Positions 7,988-16,659 of a DNA stretch of 32,486 nucleotides are shown here, piece by piece (within the stretch, counting starts at the first letter, position 1; each line of letters opens with the position of its first letter). The stretch is from a virus. Taxonomy: Duplodnaviria; Caudoviricetes. The notes beneath the pieces were generated by a model. The model had not been told where the DNA came from. It did not search any database and was given only the letters and a program-made list of their open reading frames with translations. The stretch lies in IMG/VR virus record IMGVR_UViG_3300037515_001149, positions 1 through 32,486 of that record, one strand, 5' to 3'. A program made the translations under genes and the position numbers.

Positions 7988-8716
7988 ATGCACGAGGGAG
8001 TCGTCACGAGGATCGCCGAGCTGGCTCGCCAAGGCCAGGAGATCGATCAGGTCGTGGGGCGGGTCGGCGGTCACGACATGTCCACCGTCGCCCTGCACCA
8101 CATCCCGCCGAAGCCGGAGCCGGAGCCCGCGGCGCTGCGGTGCGCAAGCCTCACCGCCCTGGCGGAGTACGTCCGGGCGAACCGGGACGAGGTGAGGCTG
8201 GAGACGTGCGTCTTCCACGTCGCGAGTCCGACAGTCGTGCTGCTGCTGGGGCCCCTCACCGGCGAAAGGCTCCAGCGGTTCACCTACGCCCATGCCGAGT
8301 GCACGGACCTGGGGCGCGGGTTCCTTGGCAGCTACCACGACCAGGAGACGTTCGTGGTGGCGCTCCAGAGCAGGTTCACCCCGGACGGGGACCGGGTGGT
8401 GGTCCTGGAGATCGTCGGCAAGCTCCGGGACGAACAGGCCATCGAGTCCGAGGACGACGGCGTCACCCAGCACGTCACCGCGAAGGCGGGCGTCCACGTG
8501 TCGCGCCAGATCCCCCTCCCAAACCCGGTGGTGCTCGCCCCCTACCGGACCTTCCGCGAGGTCGAGCAGCCGGCCAGCGCCATGGTCCTGCGCGTCCAGA
8601 AGGGGCCCCGGATCGGGCTCCACGAGGCCGACGGCGGCGCCTGGACGCTGGAGGCCACGCGCCTGGTGGCGGAGTGGCTGGCCAGCCAGGACCTCCACCT
8701 CCCGATCCTGCGGTGA
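7988..8716 (+). CDS. Conserved phage protein, usual partner of the preceding gene
   Basis: SLTALAEYV, HVASPT, FVVALQSRF, DDGVTQ, LPNPVVLAPYRTFREVEQP, LHEADGGAW motifs. Confidence 0.75.
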   Translation: MHEGVVTRIAELARQGQEIDQVVGRVGGHDMSTVALHHIPPKPEPEPAALRCASLTALAEYVRANRDEVRLETCVFHVASPTVVLLLGPLTGERLQRFTYAHAECTDLGRGFLGSYHDQETFVVALQSRFTPDGDRVVVLEIVGKLRDEQAIESEDDGVTQHVTAKAGVHVSRQIPLPNPVVLAPYRTFREVEQPASAMVLRVQKGPRIGLHEADGGAWTLEATRLVAEWLASQDLHLPILR

Positions 8717-9201
8717 GCAGCTCCGCTCTCGACCTGTTCGGCCTTGCGGCCCCCGCTCCTGCTGGCGCCGCTCCTGGGGCGGCGACCCTGTCCTTCGTGG
8801 TGCACGGGACGCCGGCGCCGGCTGGGAGCAAGCGGGTCGTCCCCGCCGGGGGGCGCTTCCGGGTCATCGACGCGAGCCGGAAGGCCGAGCCCTGGAAGAA
8901 GCTGGTCGCCCAGCACGCCGGCGAGGCGATGGCAGGGCGGTCGCTCCTCCGGGGGGCCCTCGCCTTCCGGTTCGCGTTCTTCGTGCGCCGGCCAAAGGGG
9001 CACTTCGGGAAGCGGGGGCTCCGGCCGTCGGCGCCGCGGTACCCGACGACGCGGCCGGATTCGTCGAAGCTGGCGCGGGGGACGGAGGATGCGTTGTCCG
9101 GCGTGGTCTGGGGAGACGACGCCCAGGTGGTCCGCCAGCAGGTCACGAAGGACTACGGGCCGGAGCGGGTCGAGATCACGGTCTGGGAGCTGGAGGAATG
9201 A
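8713..9201 (+). CDS. rusA: RusA-family Holliday junction resolvase
   Basis: FVVHGTPAPAGSKR; RPDSSKLARGTEDALSGVVWGDDAQVV (D-xx-K...D...DD catalytic pattern); GTGA start. Confidence 0.85.
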   Translation: MSSSALDLFGLAAPAPAGAAPGAATLSFVVHGTPAPAGSKRVVPAGGRFRVIDASRKAEPWKKLVAQHAGEAMAGRSLLRGALAFRFAFFVRRPKGHFGKRGLRPSAPRYPTTRPDSSKLARGTEDALSGVVWGDDAQVVRQQVTKDYGPERVEITVWELEE

Positions 9202-10037
9202 CCGCCACCCCCCTCGACCTCGCCGCCGAGAAGGCCGCCTCGCGGGAACGGGCTGAACAGCAGTGGCTCGCGACGCGGGCCCAGCTCCTCCTGGAGGACC
9301 TGCGGAAGGTGGGGACGCCGGTATCGCACGCCGCCCTCGGCCGGGCCGCGGAGGAGCGCTGGCCCGCCAAGCCGGACGCCGAGCGGGCGAGGTTCGTGGA
9401 GGCGGCGATGGCCACGAGGAACACCGGTCGCGAGGAGGCCCGGGAACGGGCGCGGGAGGAGGAGGTGCTGGAGTCCGCGCGGATCTGGGAGCTCGTGGAC
9501 GCCATCCTCGTGCGGCGCCCCGACACGACCGCCGGGACGGCCTGGGACGAGGTCTGCCGGCTCGGGCGTCCGGGGATCAAGCGGTCGTCCTTCGACACTG
9601 CGTTCTACGGACGGAAGCGGAAGCTGGGGCTCAGCGGCCGGGGGAAGGGGAGGAAGAAGCAGGCGCCCACCCAGAAGGCGTCCGCCACCCCGGCCGAGCG
9701 CGAGCCCCCCGCCCCAACGAAGGAGGCCCCCGGGCCCCGCCTGCTCGATCCGCACGATAGCCCGGGCCCCCACGAGCCCGGCTCCGGCGTGCCGGCGGTG
9801 GCACGGGGGGACGCGAGCGCGTCGGCCCCCTCCTTGAACGGATCCGGCCCCGGCCTTCCGGCTCCCGCCGCCGGCCTCATCGAGCTCGCCACCGGGGAGG
9901 ACGGCTTCCGGGCCACCCGACGCGACGATGGAGAGTGGGACGTGGAGCTGCGCGCCCGGATGGACGAGGAGGAGATGGGGCGCCTCGCGGCGCTGCTGTG
10001 GGGGCGGGTCACGGCCGCTAGAAGGGGACCCTCGTGA
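9198..10037 (+). CDS. Hypothetical protein, possibly DNA-binding
   Basis: ATGA coupling, SD GGAGG; helical N-half, basic GRKRK/KGRKK stretch, Pro-rich linker, small C-terminal domain. Confidence 0.65.
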   Translation: MTATPLDLAAEKAASRERAEQQWLATRAQLLLEDLRKVGTPVSHAALGRAAEERWPAKPDAERARFVEAAMATRNTGREEARERAREEEVLESARIWELVDAILVRRPDTTAGTAWDEVCRLGRPGIKRSSFDTAFYGRKRKLGLSGRGKGRKKQAPTQKASATPAEREPPAPTKEAPGPRLLDPHDSPGPHEPGSGVPAVARGDASASAPSLNGSGPGLPAPAAGLIELATGEDGFRATRRDDGEWDVELRARMDEEEMGRLAALLWGRVTAARRGPS

Positions 10038-10402
10038 GCATCGACGAGCAGCGCCGTATCCTCCTGGAGCGCCGCGCGATCGAGGCGCTGAAGGCCCGGA
10101 TCGCCCGGGAGTCCTACCTCTCCGTCCGGGAGGTCTCCGAGCGGCTGAACCTGTCCAGGGAGAAGGTCGAGGGGCTGCCCATGGAGGTCCTCCCCTACGC
10201 CGATCACGGGTCGGGGCCGCGGGCGTACCGTCGCTATCACCCGGCGGACGTGATGGCCGTGGACGCCCGGCTGCGGGCGTGGAAGGCGGCGCAGGCGCGC
10301 GGTGCGGGGGAGGCCTACCTCCGGGAGCTGCGCGCGGAGCTGGAGGCCAGGGACGCCGCGGCGATCGAGGCGGCGCGCGCGGCCCACGAGGCGGTCGCTT
10401 GA
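10034..10402 (+). CDS. Excisionase-like HTH protein
   Basis: YLSVREVSERLNLSREKV...YRRYHPADV (MerR/Xis-type winged HTH); directly upstream of and overlapping the integrase. Confidence 0.7.
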   Translation: MSIDEQRRILLERRAIEALKARIARESYLSVREVSERLNLSREKVEGLPMEVLPYADHGSGPRAYRRYHPADVMAVDARLRAWKAAQARGAGEAYLRELRAELEARDAAAIEAARAAHEAVA

Positions 10403-11673
10403 CCCGCTCGGCAGAGTACCGGGTCCGGGGCGCTGACGTGCCGCGGGAGCTGTTCCCGTCGGCGGGCCCCCGCTTCCCGCTCGGGGTGAAGCCGGGCGCG
10501 GAGGCCCGGCGCCGTCGCGAGCTCCTCCACGAGCACCTCAGGCTCGGGCAGGAGTGGGAGCTCCTGCGCGCCCTGGACGACGGACTGCTCCACGCCGCCG
10601 AGGTCGTCCGCCGGCTCCGCCAGGGCGGGGCGCGCGCCATCCCCGAGCTGCGGGCCGACGTGGAGCGGGCTCGGGCCGGCGCCGTGCCCACCTTCCTGCA
10701 GGAGGCCGGGCGGTACCTGGAGTGGTACGGCCGGAAGCGCCAGCCGAAGTCCCTGAAGGCGACCAGGCACCGGCTGAAGCGGATCGGGGAGCAGGCGGCC
10801 GAGGGTGGGGAGGGGACGGTGGACGACGTCCCCGTGCCGCTGGTGACGACGGCGATGCTTGAGCGGGCCCTGGAGGCGGTCTCCTCGAGCCCGAAGACGC
10901 AGGAGGGGCTACGGGCCGCCGCCAGCGGGCTCTACTCGTGGTCGGTCGCCCGGGAGACCGACGCCGCGCGGACCGAGAAGCGGCTCCCCCGCTGGGAGGC
11001 CAACCCCGCGAGCGCCGTGGAGGTCGCCGAGCCCGTCCAGACGGTAACCACGGCCACGGACGAGCAGATCCTCGCGCTCATTGCCGGCGCCGAGCTCTAC
11101 CAGCTCGCCTACCTGCGCGCGTTCCTCCACCTGGGGCTCCGGGCAGACGAGCTGGTCCACACCCGGCTCCACGCCGACCTGGACGTGGAGCGGTGGCTGT
11201 GGCGGGTGCAGGCTCGCCCGCCCGATCCCCGGTGCCGGTGCCTCCAGTGCGCCCCCGGTGGCCAGGGGTGGTCGCCGAAGAGCAAGCGCGGTCACCGCAG
11301 CTTCGCGGTCCCGGCCCGACCTGAGCCGCTCCGGGGCGCGCTCGGGGCGTACCTGGGGGCCCACCCCGCGGCGCCCGGGGACTTCTTCTTCCGGCGGCCG
11401 TCCGGGCGGGGATGGAGCTACGCCATGCTCGCCCACGACTTCGGGCGTCTCTGCGAGAGGGCCGGGGTCCGGTACGGGCGGGGGGAGCCCGGGGCGATCA
11501 CCCTCCACGCGCTCCGTCACACATGCGCCACCGGGCTGATCCGGGCGGGCGTGCGGGAGTCGGTCGTGGCGGACCTGCTGGGGGACACGCTGGACACGAT
11601 CAGCCGTTTTTACGTTCACCTCACCGCCGAGGACATCGCGGACGGGGTGTCCAGGGGTCCGGCGTATGATTGA
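10399..11673 (+). CDS. int: Tyrosine recombinase / phage integrase
   Basis: LGLRADEL (Arg I), PKSK (Lys), LHALRHT (HxxR), LLGD, FYVH (Tyr); TTG start overlapping the xis stop. Confidence 0.9.
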   Translation: MTRSAEYRVRGADVPRELFPSAGPRFPLGVKPGAEARRRRELLHEHLRLGQEWELLRALDDGLLHAAEVVRRLRQGGARAIPELRADVERARAGAVPTFLQEAGRYLEWYGRKRQPKSLKATRHRLKRIGEQAAEGGEGTVDDVPVPLVTTAMLERALEAVSSSPKTQEGLRAAASGLYSWSVARETDAARTEKRLPRWEANPASAVEVAEPVQTVTTATDEQILALIAGAELYQLAYLRAFLHLGLRADELVHTRLHADLDVERWLWRVQARPPDPRCRCLQCAPGGQGWSPKSKRGHRSFAVPARPEPLRGALGAYLGAHPAAPGDFFFRRPSGRGWSYAMLAHDFGRLCERAGVRYGRGEPGAITLHALRHTCATGLIRAGVRESVVADLLGDTLDTISRFYVHLTAEDIADGVSRGPAYD

Positions 11674-11679
11674 TCGGGA

Positions 11680-11900
11680 TTCTTGCCGCGTTTCTTGCCG
11701 CACGTTTTTCGGGAATGGCTCAACCGCGCCACGAACGGGGCACGTTGAGAGAAGGTGTTGTTCGTTTTCCGGCTTGTTGGAGGTTTCGGGCCGGACCCGA
11801 AGGCGTAGGGCGTTCGCCGGTTCGCAGGTGAGGCGCAGGAGCCCCGGATCGGAGCCCTCCGGCCGGATCGGGCGATGGTTGCCGCGCATGTTGCCGCACG
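11680..11900. mobile_element. Putative attP site with arm-type direct repeats
   Basis: Non-coding, less GC-rich gap after int with four TTGCCGC copies in two 12-bp-period pairs (11683/11695 and 11879/11891); each pair ends TTGCCGCACG. Confidence 0.7.
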
Positions 11901-11910
11901 GTGGTGGGTC

Positions 11911-12390
11911 GTGAGCGCCCCCACGGGGAGGGAGCGAGAGGCCGGACGGGCCGTCGGCGACCCCTTCGCCAAGGACTGCCAGTGCGTGACCCACGACGGC
12001 CCCCACTGGCTCCACATGGACCGGCACGACAAGCAGCGGGCCGACGACCTCCTCCGCTGGGCTCGCGAGAATCCGCCGACCGACTTCACCGCCGCCGGCC
12101 ACCGCCACGCCCTGTTCGAGCACGTCGCGACCATGGAGCTCGCTCGCCTGGACGCGAAGGAGCGTGAGATGCGCCGGCGCGGCATCGCAGGGATCCCGCC
12201 GGGGGTGGACGCCATGGCGCGGGAGTCCCACGAGCGGTGGGTGGCCGCGAACCGGGAGCGGATCCGGGGAGATCTGGAGCGGGACCTGACAGACCTCGCC
12301 CGGGAGTGGGAGCACGCCCGGCCCGAGCGGCGAGAAGAGATCCAGCGGGAGACAGCGGAAGCGCAGGGCCGACTCCGGAGGTTGTCGTGA
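11911..12390 (+). CDS. Hypothetical protein
   Basis: GTG start; DCQCVTHDGPHWLH...; helical C-terminus; coupled to next gene. Confidence 0.6.
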   Translation: MSAPTGREREAGRAVGDPFAKDCQCVTHDGPHWLHMDRHDKQRADDLLRWARENPPTDFTAAGHRHALFEHVATMELARLDAKEREMRRRGIAGIPPGVDAMARESHERWVAANRERIRGDLERDLTDLAREWEHARPERREEIQRETAEAQGRLRRLS

Positions 12391-12653
12391 CCCCCCGGGA
12401 GCCCACGGGGCTGAGCGAGGCGCAGCGGGAGGTGTTGTCGGCGTTGCGAGATGGCTGGCGAAGCGGGCTCGACCCGTTCGTGCGCAACAGGCTGCTCACT
12501 CGGCTGAGTCGCCTCGGCTTGGTGGAGCGAGTCACCGCCCTCGACCCCGCCCGCTGGCGCATCACCACGGCTGGCATGAAGGCCCTGTACGAGGAGACTG
12601 CCGCAGCCGGCCGCGAGGCACTGAGAGAGGGGGAGGGAGACGATGGACGCTGA
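12387..12653 (+). CDS. Small winged-helix-like protein
   Basis: LSEAQREVLSAL...LTRLSRLGLVER...WRITTAG wHTH pattern. Confidence 0.6.
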   Translation: MTPREPTGLSEAQREVLSALRDGWRSGLDPFVRNRLLTRLSRLGLVERVTALDPARWRITTAGMKALYEETAAAGREALREGEGDDGR

Positions 12654-12858
12654 CCCGTACCGGCCACCGCATGGCGCTGTCACCTGGACGAGCGAGCCCG
12701 CACCGCCTGCGCCCGGCGTCCACGTGGACGTGGAGACGTGTTGGAGGGATTGGGGCGTCGGCTTGGGAGCGTGGTGGGTGGAGGGCAGCGTCGGTTTCGC
12801 CGTCGAGCTGGGCCCCTGGCTGGTCGAGGCCTACTACCAGTGGAGGACCGATGCCTGA
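12643..12858 (+). CDS. Hypothetical Trp-rich protein
   Basis: SD GGGAG; WRDWGVGLGAWW...ELGPW. Confidence 0.55.
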   Translation: MDADPYRPPHGAVTWTSEPAPPAPGVHVDVETCWRDWGVGLGAWWVEGSVGFAVELGPWLVEAYYQWRTDA

Positions 12859-13210
12859 CGCCCGCCCCGACGTTCAGGCGCTCCGGGAGGCGATCGAGCG
12901 GGCCACGCCGGCACCGTGGGCGGCGTTCGGCAACAAGTACGGCGAGCACCACGTCAGCCTCCCGATGGCGGGCTCGACCATGAAGCTCGCCCTGTCACCG
13001 ACCGGGCTTCAGTCGTCGAACCCGGAGGCCGACGCCCGCGCCATCGCCCTCCTCCGAAACGAGACCCCCGCGCTGCTGGACTACCTGGAGGCGCTGGAGG
13101 CCCTCGCGACCGACCTGCTGTACGCCTACATCGACGCCTCCAGCGAGGACATGGACCTCGTCCAGCGTGCCGACCGACTGCTTCCCCCGGAGGCCGACGA
13201 TGGACGCTGA
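12851..13210 (+). CDS. Ead/Ea22-like phage protein
   Basis: LREAIERATPAPW...ADARAIALLRNETPALLDYLEAL signature; SD GGAGG. Confidence 0.65.
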   Translation: MPDARPDVQALREAIERATPAPWAAFGNKYGEHHVSLPMAGSTMKLALSPTGLQSSNPEADARAIALLRNETPALLDYLEALEALATDLLYAYIDASSEDMDLVQRADRLLPPEADDGR

Positions 13211-13463
13211 GCGGCTGGAGAGACTACGGGACTGGGCAGCCGACCGCATCACCCCAAGTGCGGAGCAGACCATCGAGCTCCTCGACCACATCGACACCCT
13301 CGCAGCCGAGAACGCCCGGCTCCGGGAGGGACTGCGAGACGCGGTGTCGACGGTCGGTGGCTCACGGAAGGGGTCGATCGGCGCCATGAACAACGTGTAC
13401 CTGGCGCAGGTGGATGTCCGCACCGTCGAGAGGTGGCGCCGTCTCCTGGGGGACACGCCATGA
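13200..13463 (+). CDS. Hypothetical coiled-coil protein
   Basis: MDAERLERL...ELLDHIDTLAAENARLRE; SD GGAGG. Confidence 0.6.
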   Translation: MDAERLERLRDWAADRITPSAEQTIELLDHIDTLAAENARLREGLRDAVSTVGGSRKGSIGAMNNVYLAQVDVRTVERWRRLLGDTP

Positions 13464-13774
13464 TGCCCGAGCGGAAGAGCGCGGGCCAGAGGGTCAGGGT
13501 GGGACGGACGAGAATCCCCGGCCAAAGCCCGTTCTGCCCGCTGTGCGGCCACGACCGCGCATGGGTCGTGGACACGAGGAGGGGAGGAGGTGGGGTCGTC
13601 CGGCGGCGGCGCGAATGCTCCGCGTGTTTCGGACGCTACACGACGCACGAAAGCGCAGTGACAGAGGGGGCCACGGTGCCCATGGGGCTGGTGCGCGAGG
13701 CGCTGGAGGATGTGGTAAACCTCCTGGGGGACACGCCCCCGGACACCGACCATGGGGAGGCGTCCGATGGGTGA
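13460..13774 (+). CDS. NrdR-like N-terminal Zn-ribbon protein (no ATP-cone)
   Basis: CPLCGH...VVDTR...RRRRECSACFGRYTTHE matches the NrdR Zn-ribbon pattern; only about 40 aa follow. Confidence 0.75.
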   Translation: MMPERKSAGQRVRVGRTRIPGQSPFCPLCGHDRAWVVDTRRGGGGVVRRRRECSACFGRYTTHESAVTEGATVPMGLVREALEDVVNLLGDTPPDTDHGEASDG

Positions 13775-14024
13775 GCCTACCTTGCGCCCCCGTCCCTCGC
13801 CCTGGCGCCCCACGACCGTCTGGGAGCGCTCCGTCTACTGCCCTGGCGGCTGTGACTACATGGCCCGGGAGTCGTGGCGGGAGGGCGAGACGTTCGTCAC
13901 GGGGTGCTGCACGAAGTGCGGGGCGATGTGGACGGACCAGCGGGTGCCGCGGGAGCTTCGCGAGAGGGTGCAGGCCAGGTTCCGGCGGGTGGTGCGGGCG
14001 CTCCGGAAGGAGCCAGGCTCGTGA
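13767..14024 (+). CDS. Small Zn-ribbon protein
   Basis: CPGGC...CTKC; SD GGGGAGG; coupled. Confidence 0.55.
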   Translation: MGEPTLRPRPSPWRPTTVWERSVYCPGGCDYMARESWREGETFVTGCCTKCGAMWTDQRVPRELRERVQARFRRVVRALRKEPGS

Positions 14025-14278
14025 GCGCCCAACTCGACCTCCTCGTCCCCACCGGCCCGAGCCTCACCACGCGCCAGGCGTTCGGCGCCTGCCTGGACCA
14101 GCACGTCGGCCGCCGCTCCATCCGCGACCAGGTGGGGGCGTACCTGCTGCCCTACCAGGTGACGGCGCTGGAGGAGCTGGTGGCGGCTGGGAGGTTCGCG
14201 GAGTGGCGGCGTGGGCGGGATGGGGCGCTGGCGGGCGCGGTCCGCGCGGTGCTCCAGGGCGGGAGGGTCGTAGCATGA
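14021..14278 (+). CDS. Hypothetical protein
   Basis: SD AAGGAG, GTG start, ATGA overlap with the methyltransferase. Confidence 0.55.
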   Translation: MSAQLDLLVPTGPSLTTRQAFGACLDQHVGRRSIRDQVGAYLLPYQVTALEELVAAGRFAEWRRGRDGALAGAVRAVLQGGRVVA

Positions 14279-15426
14279 TCGTGGACCTCTTCGCGGGCCC
14301 GGGCGGATGGTCTGAGGGGTTGCGCTCGCTGGGGCTGTCCGACGTGGGCGTAGAGCTCGACCCGGACTGCTGCCTGACCCGCCGCGCCGCCGGGCACCGG
14401 ACGCTCCGCGCCGACGTGAGCGTCTACCCACCGGAGCCATTCGCCCCGAGAACCGAGGGCCTGATCGCGTCCCCTCCGTGCCAGGCGTGGTCACTCGCGG
14501 GGAAGGGCGGCGGGAGGCGGGAGATCGGGCGCATCCACCGGGCCGTGGAGGCGTGCCGGGACGGGTGGCGCGACGAGGTACGGGACGGCGAGTGGGCCGA
14601 CGCACGGACGCCCCTGGTCCTCGAGCCCCTGCGCTGGGCGTGGACCATCCGGCCCCAGTGGATCGCCTGCGAGCAGGTTCCGCCCGCCATGCCCGTGTGG
14701 GAGCACATGGCCGACGTGCTCCGCTCCTGGGGCTACTCCGCTACCGCCGTGAAGCTGTTGGCTGCGGATTACGGCGTGCCACAAACCCGCCTCCGCGCCT
14801 TCCTCCTGGCGAGCATGGACGGGCCGGTGCGGGTGCCCGAGCCGACGCATGCGGAGAGGCCAGGGGCCGGGCTGTTCGGGACGCGCCTGCCGTGGGTCAC
14901 GATGGCGGACGCTTTGGACTGGCGCGGCGAGGAAACGCCGGCACGAACGATCGCGGGCAACCGCGCCCCCAGGTGGCTCTATCCGGACACCGACGGGACG
15001 CACGGGCGGACGGTGCTACGCGGGAACCAGAAGCCACCCGGACTCAACGGCGCATATCACAAGGTGCCGAGCAACCGTCCGGCGCAGTCCCTCACCGGAA
15101 ACACCAGCCTGTACCGATGGGTCAACGAGCGCCCCGCCACCACGGTGCAAGGGGACCCCCGCATCGCGCCCCCGGGCCACAAGGGGGATTACCTACCCGG
15201 CCAACGCCCGTTCACCGACGCCCTTCGGATCTCCCTTTCCGAGGCCGCCGTCCTTCAGGGGATGCGCCCGGACTACCCGTTCCATGGGACCAAGACCAGC
15301 CAGTTTCGCCAGGTGGGGGATGTCGTGCCGCCTGCTATGGCCGCTGCTGTCGTGGGAGCATTGCGCGGGCGGGACGGGGGGCTCCCCCACGCGGTCCGCT
15401 CCGTCCTGAGAGGGGCGAGGGGATGA
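14275..15426 (+). CDS. C5-cytosine DNA methyltransferase (orphan)
   Basis: Motif I DLFAGPGG, motif IV SPPCQ, motif VI EQV, motif VIII PQTRLR, motif X QVGDVVPP. Confidence 0.9.
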   Translation: MIVDLFAGPGGWSEGLRSLGLSDVGVELDPDCCLTRRAAGHRTLRADVSVYPPEPFAPRTEGLIASPPCQAWSLAGKGGGRREIGRIHRAVEACRDGWRDEVRDGEWADARTPLVLEPLRWAWTIRPQWIACEQVPPAMPVWEHMADVLRSWGYSATAVKLLAADYGVPQTRLRAFLLASMDGPVRVPEPTHAERPGAGLFGTRLPWVTMADALDWRGEETPARTIAGNRAPRWLYPDTDGTHGRTVLRGNQKPPGLNGAYHKVPSNRPAQSLTGNTSLYRWVNERPATTVQGDPRIAPPGHKGDYLPGQRPFTDALRISLSEAAVLQGMRPDYPFHGTKTSQFRQVGDVVPPAMAAAVVGALRGRDGGLPHAVRSVLRGARG

Positions 15427-16226
15427 GCCTTCCGCGGCCCTACTACGAGGACTCGGCGGTCCGGCTGTACTGCGGGGACTGCCGGGAGATTCTGCCCCAC
15501 CTGGAGCCGGTGGACTTGGTGGTAACAGATCCGCCCTACGCGGTCAGCATTCCCGGCCTATCTCACAAAGGTCGCCCCGGGAAGGGGACAAGGAGCCTGG
15601 ATTTCTTTCCCCAGGATCACGACTGGAGCGCCTGTCGGGCCATGGTGCGAGAGGCGGTCCGTTTGTGCCCAGTGACCGAACAAGCGTCGTTTTACGTCTG
15701 GTGCGGGCACCGTCAGTTCGGCGACATGGTCGGCGACCTCGAGGAGCGCGGGTTCTCGACGCGCTTTCTCGTCTGGTCCAAACTCTATCCGCCCCCTCCA
15801 GCTCCACGGAGTGGGTGGCCGAGCGGGGCCGAGCTCTGCGTCTACGCCTTCCGTCCTGGCCGCCACTGGTCGGACGAGCACCTACCGGCCTCCAATGTCC
15901 TGGTTGCAGACGGCTTCCGGCACGGGAACCCGGCCAAACTACCGCACCCCACGCAGAAGCCGGTGGACGTCGTCGCCCCGCTGGTCCGGGCTTCTTCCCG
16001 GCGGGGAGACTTGGTGGCCGACCCCTTCGCCGGCTCCGGAACCACCCTCGTGGCCGCGAAGAATTTGGGCCGCCGTGCCATCGGAATCGAGATCGAGGAA
16101 CGCTACTGCGAGGTCGCCGCCAACCGCCTCACCCAGGAAGTGCTCGACTTCGGAGGCGTGGAGGACACCGAGAAGGATGCCCCGAACACCCCCGCCCCCG
16201 AGGGGGACGAGGAGGAGGTGGCGTAG
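15423..16226 (+). CDS. N4-cytosine/N6-adenine DNA methyltransferase, beta class (orphan)
   Basis: GDCRE, VVTDPPY, HPTQKP, DPFAGSGTT, IGIEIEERYC. Confidence 0.92.
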   Translation: MSLPRPYYEDSAVRLYCGDCREILPHLEPVDLVVTDPPYAVSIPGLSHKGRPGKGTRSLDFFPQDHDWSACRAMVREAVRLCPVTEQASFYVWCGHRQFGDMVGDLEERGFSTRFLVWSKLYPPPPAPRSGWPSGAELCVYAFRPGRHWSDEHLPASNVLVADGFRHGNPAKLPHPTQKPVDVVAPLVRASSRRGDLVADPFAGSGTTLVAAKNLGRRAIGIEIEERYCEVAANRLTQEVLDFGGVEDTEKDAPNTPAPEGDEEEVA

Positions 16227-16230
16227 GACG

Positions 16231-16386
16231 ATGACAACCGAGCGGCGGTGCGAGGACTGCGGACGGGCGCTGACTGAGACCGAGGACCGCTACTGCTTCG
16301 ACTGTGGCGGCTACGGATGGCCGTCCGGGGACACGCCGGACGCGTGGGACGATGACGACGGGGCGACCGAGGAGGAGGTGGCCTGA
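16231..16386 (+). CDS. Small acidic Zn-finger protein
   Basis: CEDCG...YCFDCG with acidic tail. Confidence 0.55.
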   Translation: MTTERRCEDCGRALTETEDRYCFDCGGYGWPSGDTPDAWDDDDGATEEEVA

Positions 16387-16389
16387 CCC

Positions 16390-16659
16390 ATGGCCGAGAC
16401 GAGCCGGGCCGTGCTGAGAAAGCGCATCGCCGCGCTGGAGCGGGCCCACTACGTCGTGTGCGAGGCGTTTGGCGGGTGGGACGGCGTGATCTTCGACGGC
16501 CCGTGTCTCCGGCTGTCCGACTCCTATCACTGGCCGGAGGAGGAGGACGGGCCGATCGAGCTTTGGCGCGTGATCATGCTCCTGGACGCGGCGGCGGCAC
16601 GGCTGGAGGAGGAGCTGCAGGAGGCTGAGACGATGACCACGGAGCCCGGCCATGCATAG
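16390..16659 (+). CDS. Hypothetical protein
   Basis: SD GGAGG; GC3-rich codons; overlaps the next start. Confidence 0.6.
   Translation: MAETSRAVLRKRIAALERAHYVVCEAFGGWDGVIFDGPCLRLSDSYHWPEEEDGPIELWRVIMLLDAAAARLEEELQEAETMTTEPGHA

Noticed and set aside
11578-11590. CTGGGGGACACGC in int, matching the repeat at 13443/13721
   Set aside because: It encodes the integrase LGDT motif mid-gene; a 13-bp GC-rich match is plausibly chance.
11700-11880. tRNA/tmRNA fragment as the att core
   Set aside because: No T-arm (GTTCRA) plus acceptor-stem/CCA pattern could be found on either strand by eye.
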